A stretch of DNA of 64,000 nt from an uncultured Erysipelotrichaceae bacterium (GTDB lineage: Bacteria; Bacillota_I; Bacilli_A; RFN20; CAG-826): the NCBI GenBank assembly GCA_902802365.1, contig CADCLZ010000001.1, forward strand, positions 11,393-75,392, in the 5' to 3' direction. Positions 36,967 to 46,505 of the stretch are shown piece by piece. Under the pieces are notes generated by a model that did no database searches, was not told the DNA's origin, and saw only the letters and a program-made list of their open reading frames with translations. Both the position numbers and the translations under genes were made by a program. Every line of letters begins with the position of its first letter. Within the stretch, counting starts at the first letter, position 1.

Positions 36967-38590
36967 AACCTTTTCTCTGGATCAGGCGATATATAGTTTC
37001 GATGTGGCGGTCGCATTCTTCCAAATCATCGCTTTCCGCCATGATGCGGACGACGGGTTCGGTCCCGGATTCCCTTAGAAGGATCCTGCCGCTTCCATTC
37101 ATTTGCTTATTGATCTTCTCCGCCAAAGAAAGCACGGCTTCATCTTCCATCACCGCTTTTTTGTCCACGACGGGGACGTTCTTCAAAACCTGCGGATATA
37201 AGTGGACCGGCGCGCCAAGCTTGGCCAAGGAAGATTTTTGGTCAATCATCTCTTCCAAAAGCTTGATCGCGGTCAAAACGCCATCGCCCGTCGTCGCGTA
37301 TTTGCGGATGATGATGTGCCCCGATTGCTCGCCGCCGAGCCAAAAATCGTTCTTCATCATTTCCTCGTAAACGAAACGGTCGCCGACTTTGGTTTGCTTG
37401 TTTTGGATGCCCTCTTCTTGGAAGGCTTTTGCCAAACCGGAGTTCGACATAACCGTGGACACCACCATATCGTGCTTCAATTCGCCGTGCCGTCTCAGCC
37501 TCTTCGCGAGGATATAAAGGATCTTGTCGCCGTCCACCACTTCGCCGTTCTCATCGACGGCTAAGCAACGATCGGCGTCGCCATCAAAGGCAAAACCAAC
37601 ATCAAGATGCTGTTCTTTCACCAACCTTTGAAGATTTCCGATATGGGTGGAACCGCAGTCTTTGTTGGTGTTGAGCCCATCCGGATGATCGCCGATCACA
37701 TGGAGCTCCGCCCCCAAAGCGGAGAAGACGGAGCGGGCGATGTACCAGGATGCCCCATTGGCGCAATCAAGGCCGATCCTTAAGCCGCGGAAAGAGGTGA
37801 TGGAGCAAGAGATGAGATAGCCGATATAACGGTTCCTTCCGGCAACGTGGTCCACCACCTTGCCGATTTTTGCTCTTTTCGCATAAGGGAGGTCGTTTTC
37901 TTTTTCCAAACCCAAAGCGGGAAGGTCGCCATCCAAATAGCATTCGATCAAATGGGTGATGCGCTCTTCCATTTTCTCACCGCAGGCATTCAAGACCTTG
38001 ATGCCGTTATCATAGAAGATGTTATGGGAAGCGGTGATCATAACCCCACAGTCAAAGTTCTCGGTCCTGGTGACATAAGAAACCGACGGGGTGGTTGTGA
38101 CGTGAAGGATATAGGCATCCGCCCCTGATGCCGCAATGCCGGCGCAAAGCGCGTATTCCAACATATAAGAGCTTCTTCTGGTGTCTTTGCCGATGCAGAT
38201 CTTCGCCCGCGCTTCGTTCGGCCTTTTGGAGGCGAATTGGGGGCTGGAGAAATACCAGCCCAGGAACCGGCCTATTTTAAACGCATGCTCAGCGGTGAGG
38301 ACTTGGTTGGACTCCCCGCGGAAGCCGTCGGTTCCAAAATAATGGTTTTCCGCGTTTTGCGGTTCGGCTTTGTTTTGGTAGGTATTCAAAACAACGGATT
38401 CATCAATCAGTTCATTCGCGTTGATGCGAAACAAATCGCAGATCGCGGCGATCTTGTCTAACTGCGGATAGCTTTCGCCTTTTTCCCACTTGGAGACCGA
38501 TTGGCGGGAAACGCGGAGACGCACCGCCAATTGGGTTTGGGATAAGCCGGCGCTTTTCCTTAGGTGAATGATTTTCTCGGAAATGGTCAT
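36944..38590 (-). CDS. glmM: XRE-family HTH domain fused to phosphoglucosamine mutase
   Basis: N-terminus: IIHLRKSAGLSQTQLAVRLRVSRQSVSKWEKGESYP (Cro/C1 HTH). Then GTDGFRGESN, ITASHNIFYDNGIKV (active-site Ser loop). C-terminal PGM/PMM domains. Start taken at MTISEK (38590). Confidence 0.8.
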   Translation of the reverse strand: MTISEKIIHLRKSAGLSQTQLAVRLRVSRQSVSKWEKGESYPQLDKIAAICDLFRINANELIDESVVLNTYQNKAEPQNAENHYFGTDGFRGESNQVLTAEHAFKIGRFLGWYFSSPQFASKRPNEARAKICIGKDTRRSSYMLEYALCAGIAASGADAYILHVTTTPSVSYVTRTENFDCGVMITASHNIFYDNGIKVLNACGEKMEERITHLIECYLDGDLPALGLEKENDLPYAKRAKIGKVVDHVAGRNRYIGYLISCSITSFRGLRIGLDCANGASWYIARSVFSALGAELHVIGDHPDGLNTNKDCGSTHIGNLQRLVKEQHLDVGFAFDGDADRCLAVDENGEVVDGDKILYILAKRLRRHGELKHDMVVSTVMSNSGLAKAFQEEGIQNKQTKVGDRFVYEEMMKNDFWLGGEQSGHIIIRKYATTGDGVLTAIKLLEEMIDQKSSLAKLGAPVHLYPQVLKNVPVVDKKAVMEDEAVLSLAEKINKQMNGSGRILLRESGTEPVVRIMAESDDLEECDRHIETIYRLIQRKGYAYEDHQ

Positions 38591-38893
38591 TGATATTGCA
38601 ACTAACGGTTGCTTTTTTAGAAAGAAGGCCACTATTTGCCTTTTTCGCGCTTATTGTACCCGCCTATTATGGTTGCGAAAACAAAAAACAAATTCTTTTT
38701 TCCTTCCATTATGCCGCCGAAAATCTCTCTCGAGGCCAAATCAAGCTCCGAGGCTTTCTTTTTTTGGTCTTCGTCTGCAGCGCGAACTGACGAAAATTCA
38801 TCGTATCTCGAAGGCCAAAAAGCGACAAAGAAGGTTTACAATGTAATACTGTATTGATGGGGTTGCCCATCATATGTTCATAAGGAGAAAATC

Positions 38894-39871
38894 ATGGAAC
38901 TCGGTGATGATGTCGTTCTTTATGCCTTAAGCGCCAACAAGGATTTAGCCCAAAAGGTCGCAGATGAATTGGGCGTTCCTCTGTCGGTTCCCAGATTGGA
39001 GAAATTCCCCTCCGGCGAAATCCTCGCCGCGCCCAGCGAATGCGTCCGCGGCAAAAGGATCTACATCATTCAGTCGACCTGCCCGCCGGTGAATGACAAT
39101 CTGATGGAGCTTTTGATCTTCGTCGACGCTCTCAAGAGGGCCTCCGTCAAAGAGATCAATGCGATCATCCCTTATTATGGCTATGCGCGTCAGGACCGCA
39201 AATCAAGGCCAAGAGAGCCCATCACTTCCAAATTGACGGCCGATTTGTTCGTCGCCGCCGGCGTCAACCGCATCCTGACCTTCGACCTCCACGCCGCTCA
39301 GACCCAGGGTTTCTTCTCTTGCTTGGAAGATGACTTAAGCGCGATTGCCTTATGGGCCCACGCCGCCAAACACGATAAAGCGGTCGACCGCGAGAACCTG
39401 GTCGTGGTCTCCCCCGATCATGGCGGGGTGGTCCGCTGCCGCCGGGTCGCGGAAATCCTCAATACCCCGATCGCCATCATCGACAAACGCCGCAATTCCT
39501 CCCGTCAGCCCGAAGTCATGAACATCATCGGCGACGTCCGTGGGAAGTCCTGCTTGATCGTCGACGACATGATGGACACCTGCGGAACCGCGGTCGCCGC
39601 GGTCAACGCCCTCAAAAACGCTGGTGTGGTCGATGTCTCGATGGCCGCCACCCACCCAGTCTTGTCCGATCCGGCCTATGATCGGTTGTCCGATGGCTAT
39701 CCCTTCAAAAAGAGCTGGGTCACCGACTCGATTCCCCTTCGGGAGAAATTCGTCCAAAACGAGCAGCTCAACATCAAGGTTTGTTCCCTTTACAAAATGA
39801 TCGCCCGCGCCATCGCGGCCATCCAGACCTATACATCCATCTCGGATACGCCGAAGATCTACCGCGATTAG
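38894..39871 (+). CDS. prs: Ribose-phosphate pyrophosphokinase
   Basis: IIPYYGYARQDRK. DLHA.Q. C-terminal PRPP-binding loop (VDDMMDTCGT). Confidence 0.9.
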   Translation: MELGDDVVLYALSANKDLAQKVADELGVPLSVPRLEKFPSGEILAAPSECVRGKRIYIIQSTCPPVNDNLMELLIFVDALKRASVKEINAIIPYYGYARQDRKSRPREPITSKLTADLFVAAGVNRILTFDLHAAQTQGFFSCLEDDLSAIALWAHAAKHDKAVDRENLVVVSPDHGGVVRCRRVAEILNTPIAIIDKRRNSSRQPEVMNIIGDVRGKSCLIVDDMMDTCGTAVAAVNALKNAGVVDVSMAATHPVLSDPAYDRLSDGYPFKKSWVTDSIPLREKFVQNEQLNIKVCSLYKMIARAIAAIQTYTSISDTPKIYRD

Positions 39872-39886
39872 GGAAGATGAGATCGA

Positions 39887-39915
39887 ACACCGGCGAAAAC
39901 CGGTGTTTTTCTTCC
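39887..39915 (+). terminator. Rho-independent terminator after prs
   Basis: ACACCGG-CGAAAA-CCGGTGT + TTTTCTTCC. Confidence 0.6.
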
Positions 39916-39977
39916 TCAAGGCCTCGATTGTGGCGTTTTGAAAACGGCGAGTTCGAATATTTGTTTTGGCCGGATTA

Positions 39978-40008
39978 AGAAAAAAGCGGGCTGAACCCGC
40001 TTTCGTTT
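39978..40008 (-). terminator. Terminator for the minus-strand membrane-protein gene
   Basis: GCGGGCTGAACCCGC hairpin. On the minus strand it is followed by TTTTTTCTT. Confidence 0.55.
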
Positions 40009-40016
40009 GAGGATGG

Positions 40017-41348
40017 TTATTTGGCTTCGTGGATGCCGGCTTTCTTCTCTTCGTTATAAACGCCTTTGAAGTAAGCGATGATGATGCCCAGGATTAGACC
40101 GGCGCCGACGGCGGCGGCGGCGGAGATATACCAAGCGAAGGAGTCGCTTCCAACTACTTGGGAAGAATCTTTATAAGTGACGAAGATATTCTTCACATCA
40201 ACATCGTGGCGGACATTGGTGTAGTCGGTGGTGAAGTCCTCCAGCTTTGCGGTGATGGAGTCGATCAGATTATCAAAGGCGGCTTTTTGCGCGATTTGCT
40301 CATCGGTCAAAGACGCTTTGTTTCTTTCATATTCCAGTTTCTTCTGCAGATATTCCTTCTCTTGCTGGAGGGCGACGTTCTGGGTGATGAGGCTTTGAAT
40401 GCGGTCCGCGAAGGGGGATGCGCCGGTGGTGGAACCGCCTTTATAGATGTCTTCGTATTTTTGGGTCAACGCATCGATTTCGGCTTCGTTTTGGGCGAGG
40501 ATGCGATCGATTTCGACGATCCTGGCCTCCGCGTCAATCAAAACCATGATGTCATCGTCTTTGACGAAGCCGGCATTGAAAAGGACTTCGCGAAGGGTCG
40601 AGATGGAATGGGTGGCGAAATAATTCTCGAACTCGACGTAACGATCCTGAACATACTGAACGCCGCTAGTTGGGTCATTATAGGTAAGGGCCATGCCGTA
40701 AGAATTCAATATGCCGCTATAACCAGAGGCAATCGTGTTATATTGGGTCGTCAAATAATCGATTTGGGTGTCGTAGCTGGTCGCCGTTTTGCTACTTTCC
40801 AAAGCGTAGTTATAGATGGTGGATTTGGCGATTTGGGCGGCTTTTTCGGAAGGAATGTCAATCAATGCGTTGAGGAATAAGCGCGCTTGGGCGAACGATT
40901 TGAAATATTTTTGCTTCACGACGTATTTGAGGATGGCGGGGCTGGTATAAGTCGCTTCTTTGCCATCTTCCACCGTACCTTCCACCGCTTGGGGGGCCAT
41001 TTCAACGGTGATCGCCGAACCGTCGGACATATCGTCGATATCGATGTTGGAGAAGGATTCGTTGCTGTTTTTGGCTTCCAAAAGGTTGGTGTAAGAAATG
41101 TTGTTCAGATAGTTGTAGGCGGTGCCGTCGGCATAACGGCCGTTGTCGGCGCCAGGGAAATTATAGGTGACCTCGGCTTCGTACTTCGCACGAACGCGAT
41201 TTGCCACAATGCCCATCGCAAGACCGACGACGATCGCGGTCACGCCCATGGTGATCAAGCCGGTGATTTTGGCGCTCCAGACTTTCTTCAGGAAGCTGAT
41301 GAAGCCGTTTGGCTGACGCTGTTCTTCGTAGATTTCGTTCTCGTCCAT
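40017..41348 (-). CDS. Bitopic membrane protein with long coiled-coil ectodomain (Wzz/PCP-like or LytR-unrelated); function unknown
   Basis: TM near N-terminus (ITGLITMGVTAIVVGLAMGIV) and C-terminus (AAAAVGAGLILGIIIAYF). Coiled coil between (EAEIDALTQKYEDI...LQQEKEYLQKKLE). Confidence 0.4.
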   Translation of the reverse strand: MDENEIYEEQRQPNGFISFLKKVWSAKITGLITMGVTAIVVGLAMGIVANRVRAKYEAEVTYNFPGADNGRYADGTAYNYLNNISYTNLLEAKNSNESFSNIDIDDMSDGSAITVEMAPQAVEGTVEDGKEATYTSPAILKYVVKQKYFKSFAQARLFLNALIDIPSEKAAQIAKSTIYNYALESSKTATSYDTQIDYLTTQYNTIASGYSGILNSYGMALTYNDPTSGVQYVQDRYVEFENYFATHSISTLREVLFNAGFVKDDDIMVLIDAEARIVEIDRILAQNEAEIDALTQKYEDIYKGGSTTGASPFADRIQSLITQNVALQQEKEYLQKKLEYERNKASLTDEQIAQKAAFDNLIDSITAKLEDFTTDYTNVRHDVDVKNIFVTYKDSSQVVGSDSFAWYISAAAAVGAGLILGIIIAYFKGVYNEEKKAGIHEAK

Positions 41349-41477
41349 AGTGAAAAAACCTTCCTATATGCGAGAGATATTATAGCAAATGGCCATTTTG
41401 ATGAATATCAATTGACTTTGGCCCATTGGCTTAATATTTTTCGCTTTGGCTTTTTGTTTCGTGGTAATCTATTGCCC

Positions 41478-42254
41478 ATGAACGGCCTCCATCTTCTCGT
41501 GTCCTTCCAATTCGATTGGTTGTCCATCGTCTTATTGGCAATCTTCATTGGCTTCCCATTGATCCGCGGTTTAATCAAAGGGACGTCCTTTATGTTTTTC
41601 CGCTTCATCGCGGGAACTTTGATTCTGGTGGCCGCCTTCTTCTTGGCGAAACCGGTCGCTGGATGGTTATCCACTACCCCGATCGCCGGATTCGTCCAGA
41701 ACCCAATCTATGACTTCTTGGTCTCCAAAAGCGAATACGCCGCTCAGCCCTCGCCTGGCAAAGAAGCGTTGGCTGCTTTCTTAAGCCAGAACAACTACGA
41801 AGCCGTCACCGCGATGGGCGTCCCCGCCCCATTCGCGCCCAATGTGACCGATTATGTCGTTGGGGTGGTTCCCGAGGCCGCGAGCGACATCGCCATCGGC
41901 ACCTATGTCGCCCAGGCCATCACCGCATTGTCTTTGTCCATCGCTTCCTTCGTCGTGATCTGGTTGATCCTTACGATCATTAAGACGATCATCGCCAAGA
42001 TCTTCGATCGGAGACGCGAAGAAAGGGGCGTCAAATTCCTCTCGCGTTTGGGCGGGATGATCATCGGCATCGCCATCGGGGCGGTGAACCTGTTATCGAT
42101 CTTCTATGCCGTCAGCATGCTGACTGGCATCCCGGTCATCTATAACTTCCTCAATGCCGCCTGGTTCTTGGAAGACCCCGAAGTCCTCACGATCGGCAAA
42201 TGGCTCTACGAAAGCAACTTCTTCCAACACATCGCCAAATACTTCTTCTTATAA
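41478..42254 (+). CDS. CvpA-like small polytopic membrane protein
   Basis: Start ATG 41478 (MNGLHLLV...). The first 197 codons of the 455-aa track ORF are antisense to 40017..41348. Four predicted TM segments. Confidence 0.4.
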   Translation: MNGLHLLVSFQFDWLSIVLLAIFIGFPLIRGLIKGTSFMFFRFIAGTLILVAAFFLAKPVAGWLSTTPIAGFVQNPIYDFLVSKSEYAAQPSPGKEALAAFLSQNNYEAVTAMGVPAPFAPNVTDYVVGVVPEAASDIAIGTYVAQAITALSLSIASFVVIWLILTIIKTIIAKIFDRRREERGVKFLSRLGGMIIGIAIGAVNLLSIFYAVSMLTGIPVIYNFLNAAWFLEDPEVLTIGKWLYESNFFQHIAKYFFL

Positions 42255-42258
42255 AAAA

Positions 42259-42303
42259 AGCCCTCCTGAAGCGAAAATGGGCCCGCCAGGAGGGCTTTTG
42301 TTT
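42259..42303. terminator. Bidirectional rho-independent terminator
   Basis: AGCCCTCCTG...CAGGAGGGCT 10-bp stem flanked by A-run and TTTTGTTT. Sits between convergent genes. Confidence 0.7.
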
Positions 42304-43408
42304 ATATTTGGGGTGCCTCGGGGATGGCTTTGGATTCTTCCTTAAAGCTATCTCTCGCGGCTTCATATAGGCCAAAGAAGATCTCTTTGAATCTTTTCCT
42401 TTGTTCGGGGGTGTAATCCTTCAGAGAACCCTTGGCCCTTAATAGATCCGGGATCCACCGGAAGAAAAGGTCGAAGAGGGTTTCCGATTTCCCAAAGATC
42501 CTGGATAGTCCATCGACCGCCAATTGAAGGTCTTCGTCGCTTAAAGGGCTTAACCAATCTTGGAGGATCCTTTCGCATTGAAAGGAGAATTTGCTCCGCT
42601 TCTTGAGATGGCGAAGGCTCATGCTTTTTTTATTCACCACCCAAGAGAAAGGATCATGCCCGCCTAAGACAGGAGAAGGGCTGGAGATGATGATCGGGTT
42701 CTCCGTCACATTATAGAAAAGGCCGACGATGTCGTTCTTCGTCATATATTTGACGATTCGGCCTTTTCTATCTTCATAGGTTTTTGGAGGATAACGAAAA
42801 TCCGGGCCATCGAAGTGATAGACCTTCTTCACCCTTAAGAAGTCTTGTTCCTCAATCATCAACGACGAATAGGCGGCAAGGTTGCCGCCTTTGGAATGCC
42901 CTAAGATGATCAAGGGGTTATTGGGATAATATCCCAAGACTTCCTTTATGTAGGAAACCGCCTGTTTTTGCGAAGGGATCTCCGTGCCATAGCAGATCAA
43001 AAGATCTTCCTTGGCTCCTACGAAAGACATATCGGTCCCCCGATAGGAAATGATCAAAGTTTCGTCGGGGAGCAAGAAGCTATAAGCGGCGAATTGGATG
43101 ACTTCTTGCTTATCGGTTCTCGATAATCCATAGCCGACTTTGACGTCTTGATAACGGACGCTTTTCTTAAGGCGTTTGATGAGGCTTTTGTTATTCGCTT
43201 CATCATAGGTTCCATGGAACAACGGGGCTGGATGGGTTATATCTAATTCCTTCAAAGGAATTGGTTCCTTCCCTTCTTCTAGCTTTGGGCTTGCCGCTTC
43301 TAGATTGATATATGCCAGCGCGGCAAAAACCAAAGCATCCACTTCATTGAAAGGAAGCTCTTCAAAGCTTTGCTTTCCAAAGACGTTCGCCGCGTCGAGG
43401 ATATTCAT
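42302..43408 (-). CDS. DUF2974/Mbeg1-like alpha/beta-hydrolase (lipase-like), paralogue 1
   Basis: GHSKGGNLAAY nucleophile-elbow motif. About 35% identity by eye to the adjacent paralogue. Confidence 0.5.
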   Translation of the reverse strand: MNILDAANVFGKQSFEELPFNEVDALVFAALAYINLEAASPKLEEGKEPIPLKELDITHPAPLFHGTYDEANNKSLIKRLKKSVRYQDVKVGYGLSRTDKQEVIQFAAYSFLLPDETLIISYRGTDMSFVGAKEDLLICYGTEIPSQKQAVSYIKEVLGYYPNNPLIILGHSKGGNLAAYSSLMIEEQDFLRVKKVYHFDGPDFRYPPKTYEDRKGRIVKYMTKNDIVGLFYNVTENPIIISSPSPVLGGHDPFSWVVNKKSMSLRHLKKRSKFSFQCERILQDWLSPLSDEDLQLAVDGLSRIFGKSETLFDLFFRWIPDLLRAKGSLKDYTPEQRKRFKEIFFGLYEAARDSFKEESKAIPEAPQI

Positions 43409-44496
43409 TTCTTTTCCTTCTTTTCGGGATCCTGTTTGAATAACGCCTTCTTCAAGCGTTCGAAGAAGTCCTTGATCTTCTTCCTCTCTTCGAGGCTGTA
43501 GCGGTTCAAGGCTTCTTCGCGCTTCAAGAAGTCGGGCACCAGCCTTAAAACAAGATCAAATACGGTTCTGCAGTTGGAATAGACGTGGAACAAAGCATCC
43601 TCGGCCAAGGAGATATCTTCCTCCGGGGTCTCCAAAACCACCTTCATGAATGCCTTCTCGCCATCGATCGATGCCTTCGAACGTTCTTTGGCCCGTTTGA
43701 AGGCGATCTTTTTAAGATCAACCTGCCAAGTGAAGGGGTTGTGTCCCCCTGCCGCGACTGGGTTATTGGTGATGACGACATGGGGATTCTCAATAAGGTT
43801 GAAGAAACAGCCGATTAAGTCTTCTTGGGTCATATATTTCTGAAGCTTGTCTTTTCGTTCTTCAAACTTCTCGGGGGCTTTCTTGAATCCTGGTCCATCA
43901 AAGCTATAAGCGGATAATAAGCGACCCATATAGGTGTTTTCGAGATGGAAAAGGACGTAGGAAGCGAGGTTTCCGCCTTTGGAATGGCCACCTAAATAGA
44001 ACTTGGCCTTTGGATACCAATCCAAGACCTGTTTGGCGTATTCCAAAGCCTCTTTATGGGAGGGGATTGCCTCACGATAGGCCAACTGGAAATCCTCCTT
44101 CCATCCTAATAAGGTCGTATCGGTCCCCCGATAGGCGATATAGAGGGTCCCATCCGGAAGGAAGAAGGTGAAGGCGGCGAATTGGATGACCTTCCGTTTA
44201 TCGTTCACCGCATGGCCTAAGCCGATCCCTAAGCCCATGAAGCGCGGGGCTTTGCTCACGCGCTTTAAAAGGGCTTCGCAGTTGGGCGCATCCAAGGTTA
44301 ATTTGCTCAGCTCCTTGATCTGGGTGAGATTGAGGCTTTTTAAGGGGATCCTTCCCTTCCCATCAATGAAATAAGGGGCGATCTTCTCAAGATCCAAATA
44401 AGAAAGCTCGGCGAAGATCGCCGCATCCAGTTCGTTGAAGGGAAGCTCCTCCAACGACTTCTCCCCATATCGATTCAGATAATCCAGAAGATTCAT
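43405..44496 (-). CDS. DUF2974/Mbeg1-like alpha/beta-hydrolase, paralogue 2
   Basis: GHSKGGNLASY. Same architecture. 4-nt overlap with paralogue 1. Confidence 0.5.
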   Translation of the reverse strand: MNLLDYLNRYGEKSLEELPFNELDAAIFAELSYLDLEKIAPYFIDGKGRIPLKSLNLTQIKELSKLTLDAPNCEALLKRVSKAPRFMGLGIGLGHAVNDKRKVIQFAAFTFFLPDGTLYIAYRGTDTTLLGWKEDFQLAYREAIPSHKEALEYAKQVLDWYPKAKFYLGGHSKGGNLASYVLFHLENTYMGRLLSAYSFDGPGFKKAPEKFEERKDKLQKYMTQEDLIGCFFNLIENPHVVITNNPVAAGGHNPFTWQVDLKKIAFKRAKERSKASIDGEKAFMKVVLETPEEDISLAEDALFHVYSNCRTVFDLVLRLVPDFLKREEALNRYSLEERKKIKDFFERLKKALFKQDPEKKEKK

Positions 44497-44585
44497 GGCT
44501 TAAGGGTGGATAAAACATCTTTCCTTGTCAAGCAAAGCGGGAAGAAAAACGGCCCTGAAGGCTTGCTTCAAGGCCGTTTGCTTCT

Positions 44586-46505
44586 TTAATCCAAGGCTTT
44601 CCCGCCGGTATAGAGCTGATAGTATTTGCCCTCTTGGGCAAGGAGGCTTTCGTGGTCGCCTCTTTCGATGATCTGGCCTTGGTCTAAGACCATGATCGCA
44701 TCGGAGTTCTGGACCGTGCTGAGCCGGTGGGCCACCACGAAGACCGTGCGGCCATTCATGATGCGGTCCATCCCTTCTTGGACGAGGGCTTCGGTGTGGC
44801 TATCGATGGAGCTCGTTGCTTCATCGAGAATCATCACCGGCGGATCGGCGACCGCGCAGCGGGCGATCGAGAGCAACTGCCTTTGTCCTTGGGACAACCC
44901 CGCCCCGGCGTTATTGAGCATCGTGTCATAGCCATCGGGCAACATGCGGATGAAGTTATCCGCATTCGCCAGTTTGGCGGCGTTCACGATATCTTCTTCG
45001 CTGGCGTTGGGATTGCCATAGGCAATGTTCTCTCTGACCGTGCCCGTGAATAAGGCGGTGTCTTGAAGGACCATGCCCAAAGATCTTCTTAGGTCGGCCT
45101 TCTTGATCTTGTTGATGTTGATCCCGTCATATCGGATCTTCCCATCTTCGATGTCGTAGAAGCGGTTCAAAAGATTGGTGATCGTCGTCTTGCCCGCGCC
45201 GGTCGGACCGACGAAGGCGATCTTTTGACCGGGCTTCGCATATAAGGAGACGTCCTTAAGAACCTGCTTCCCCGGGATATAGGAGAAATCGACGTGGTCC
45301 AAGGTGATGTCGCCCTTTAGCCAGGTATATGTCACCGTGCCGTCCGCGGCATGGGGGTGCTTCCAAGCCCATTTGCCCGTATGTTCTTCGGTTTCAACAG
45401 GATTCCCGTCTTCCCCTGCTTTGGCGTTCACCAAGGTGACATAGCCATTGTCTTGTTCGCTTGGCTCGTCGATTAAGGCGAAGATGCGTTCCGCGCCCGC
45501 CAGAGCCATCGAGACAAGATTGATTTGCTGCGAGACTTGGGAGACGGGGTTCATGAACGCTTTCGATAACGAGAGGAAACTCACGATGACGCCGACCGTA
45601 AGGCCGGGGACGTTATTGATGATGCCATAGGCACCGATTAAGGCCAAAACGCCGAACTGCATGTTCCCCAAGTTATTGGTAACCGGACCAAGGATCGAGG
45701 AGAACCTTTGGGCCTTTGTGGTATAGGTGCAGAGCTCTTCGTTAAGAGAATCAAAGCCCTTCTTCGCCCGTTCTTCATAATTGAAGACCTTCACGACCTT
45801 TTGTCCGGTCGTAAGCTCTTCGATATAGCCGTCGGCTTTCGCAAGCGCGCGTTGCTGGGCGATGAAGAAGCGCGCGGAGTTCTTGGTGATGATATACATC
45901 GAGATGAGTTCGATCACGAAGAAGGCCATAACAACGAGGGTTAATAACCAGCTTTGGATGATCATCGCGACGAAGACCATCACGATAGAGATCAACGCGG
46001 ATAGCACCAAGGGCAAGGCCCTGGACATCATTTCCCTTAGGGAATCGATATCGTTGGTATAGATCGACATGATGTCGCCATGCGACCTACGGTCAAAATA
46101 AGAGATCGGCAGCGATTCCATCTGATTGAAGAGCTGATCGCGGATCTTCTTCTGGACGCCTTGGCTCATCACCGCGGTCATCCTTTGATAGGCATAGTTG
46201 GCCAATAAGCCAACGAGATATATCGCGGCCATGATCAAGACCATCTCACCCAATTTGGCGAAGTTGGCTTCTTCGATGGTGGTCGCCCCATTCAAAAGGT
46301 CTTGGTCGATGAAATCGATCAATCTCCCCATGAAGACGGACCCAATGACCGAGGCGATCGTGCTTAAGGCGGTCATGATGACGACGAGGATGAGGTGGAC
46401 CGGATATTCCTTCCACATGATCTTTAAGAGGCGGCCAAGGTTCTTCATCATCGCCTTGAAGGAAAGGCGACCGCGCCGTTTCTTGTTATTCGGCATCGAA
46501 ATCAC
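44586..46505 (-). CDS. ABC exporter, fused permease-ATPase (type B), subunit 2
   Basis: Six TM helices, then GPTGAGKTT, LSQGQRQLLSIARC, ILDEATSSID. Confidence 0.85.
   Translation of the reverse strand: MISMPNNKKRRGRLSFKAMMKNLGRLLKIMWKEYPVHLILVVIMTALSTIASVIGSVFMGRLIDFIDQDLLNGATTIEEANFAKLGEMVLIMAAIYLVGLLANYAYQRMTAVMSQGVQKKIRDQLFNQMESLPISYFDRRSHGDIMSIYTNDIDSLREMMSRALPLVLSALISIVMVFVAMIIQSWLLTLVVMAFFVIELISMYIITKNSARFFIAQQRALAKADGYIEELTTGQKVVKVFNYEERAKKGFDSLNEELCTYTTKAQRFSSILGPVTNNLGNMQFGVLALIGAYGIINNVPGLTVGVIVSFLSLSKAFMNPVSQVSQQINLVSMALAGAERIFALIDEPSEQDNGYVTLVNAKAGEDGNPVETEEHTGKWAWKHPHAADGTVTYTWLKGDITLDHVDFSYIPGKQVLKDVSLYAKPGQKIAFVGPTGAGKTTITNLLNRFYDIEDGKIRYDGININKIKKADLRRSLGMVLQDTALFTGTVRENIAYGNPNASEEDIVNAAKLANADNFIRMLPDGYDTMLNNAGAGLSQGQRQLLSIARCAVADPPVMILDEATSSIDSHTEALVQEGMDRIMNGRTVFVVAHRLSTVQNSDAIMVLDQGQIIERGDHESLLAQEGKYYQLYTGGKALD

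Noticed and set aside
39350-39919. 189-aa minus-strand ORF
   Set aside because: Antisense to prs in a GC-rich gene.
40158-40880. 240-aa plus-strand ORF
   Set aside because: Antisense inside the same membrane-protein gene.
40887-41477. First 197 codons of the 455-aa plus-strand ORF
   Set aside because: Antisense to the 40017..41348 membrane-protein gene. The real gene starts at ATG 41478.
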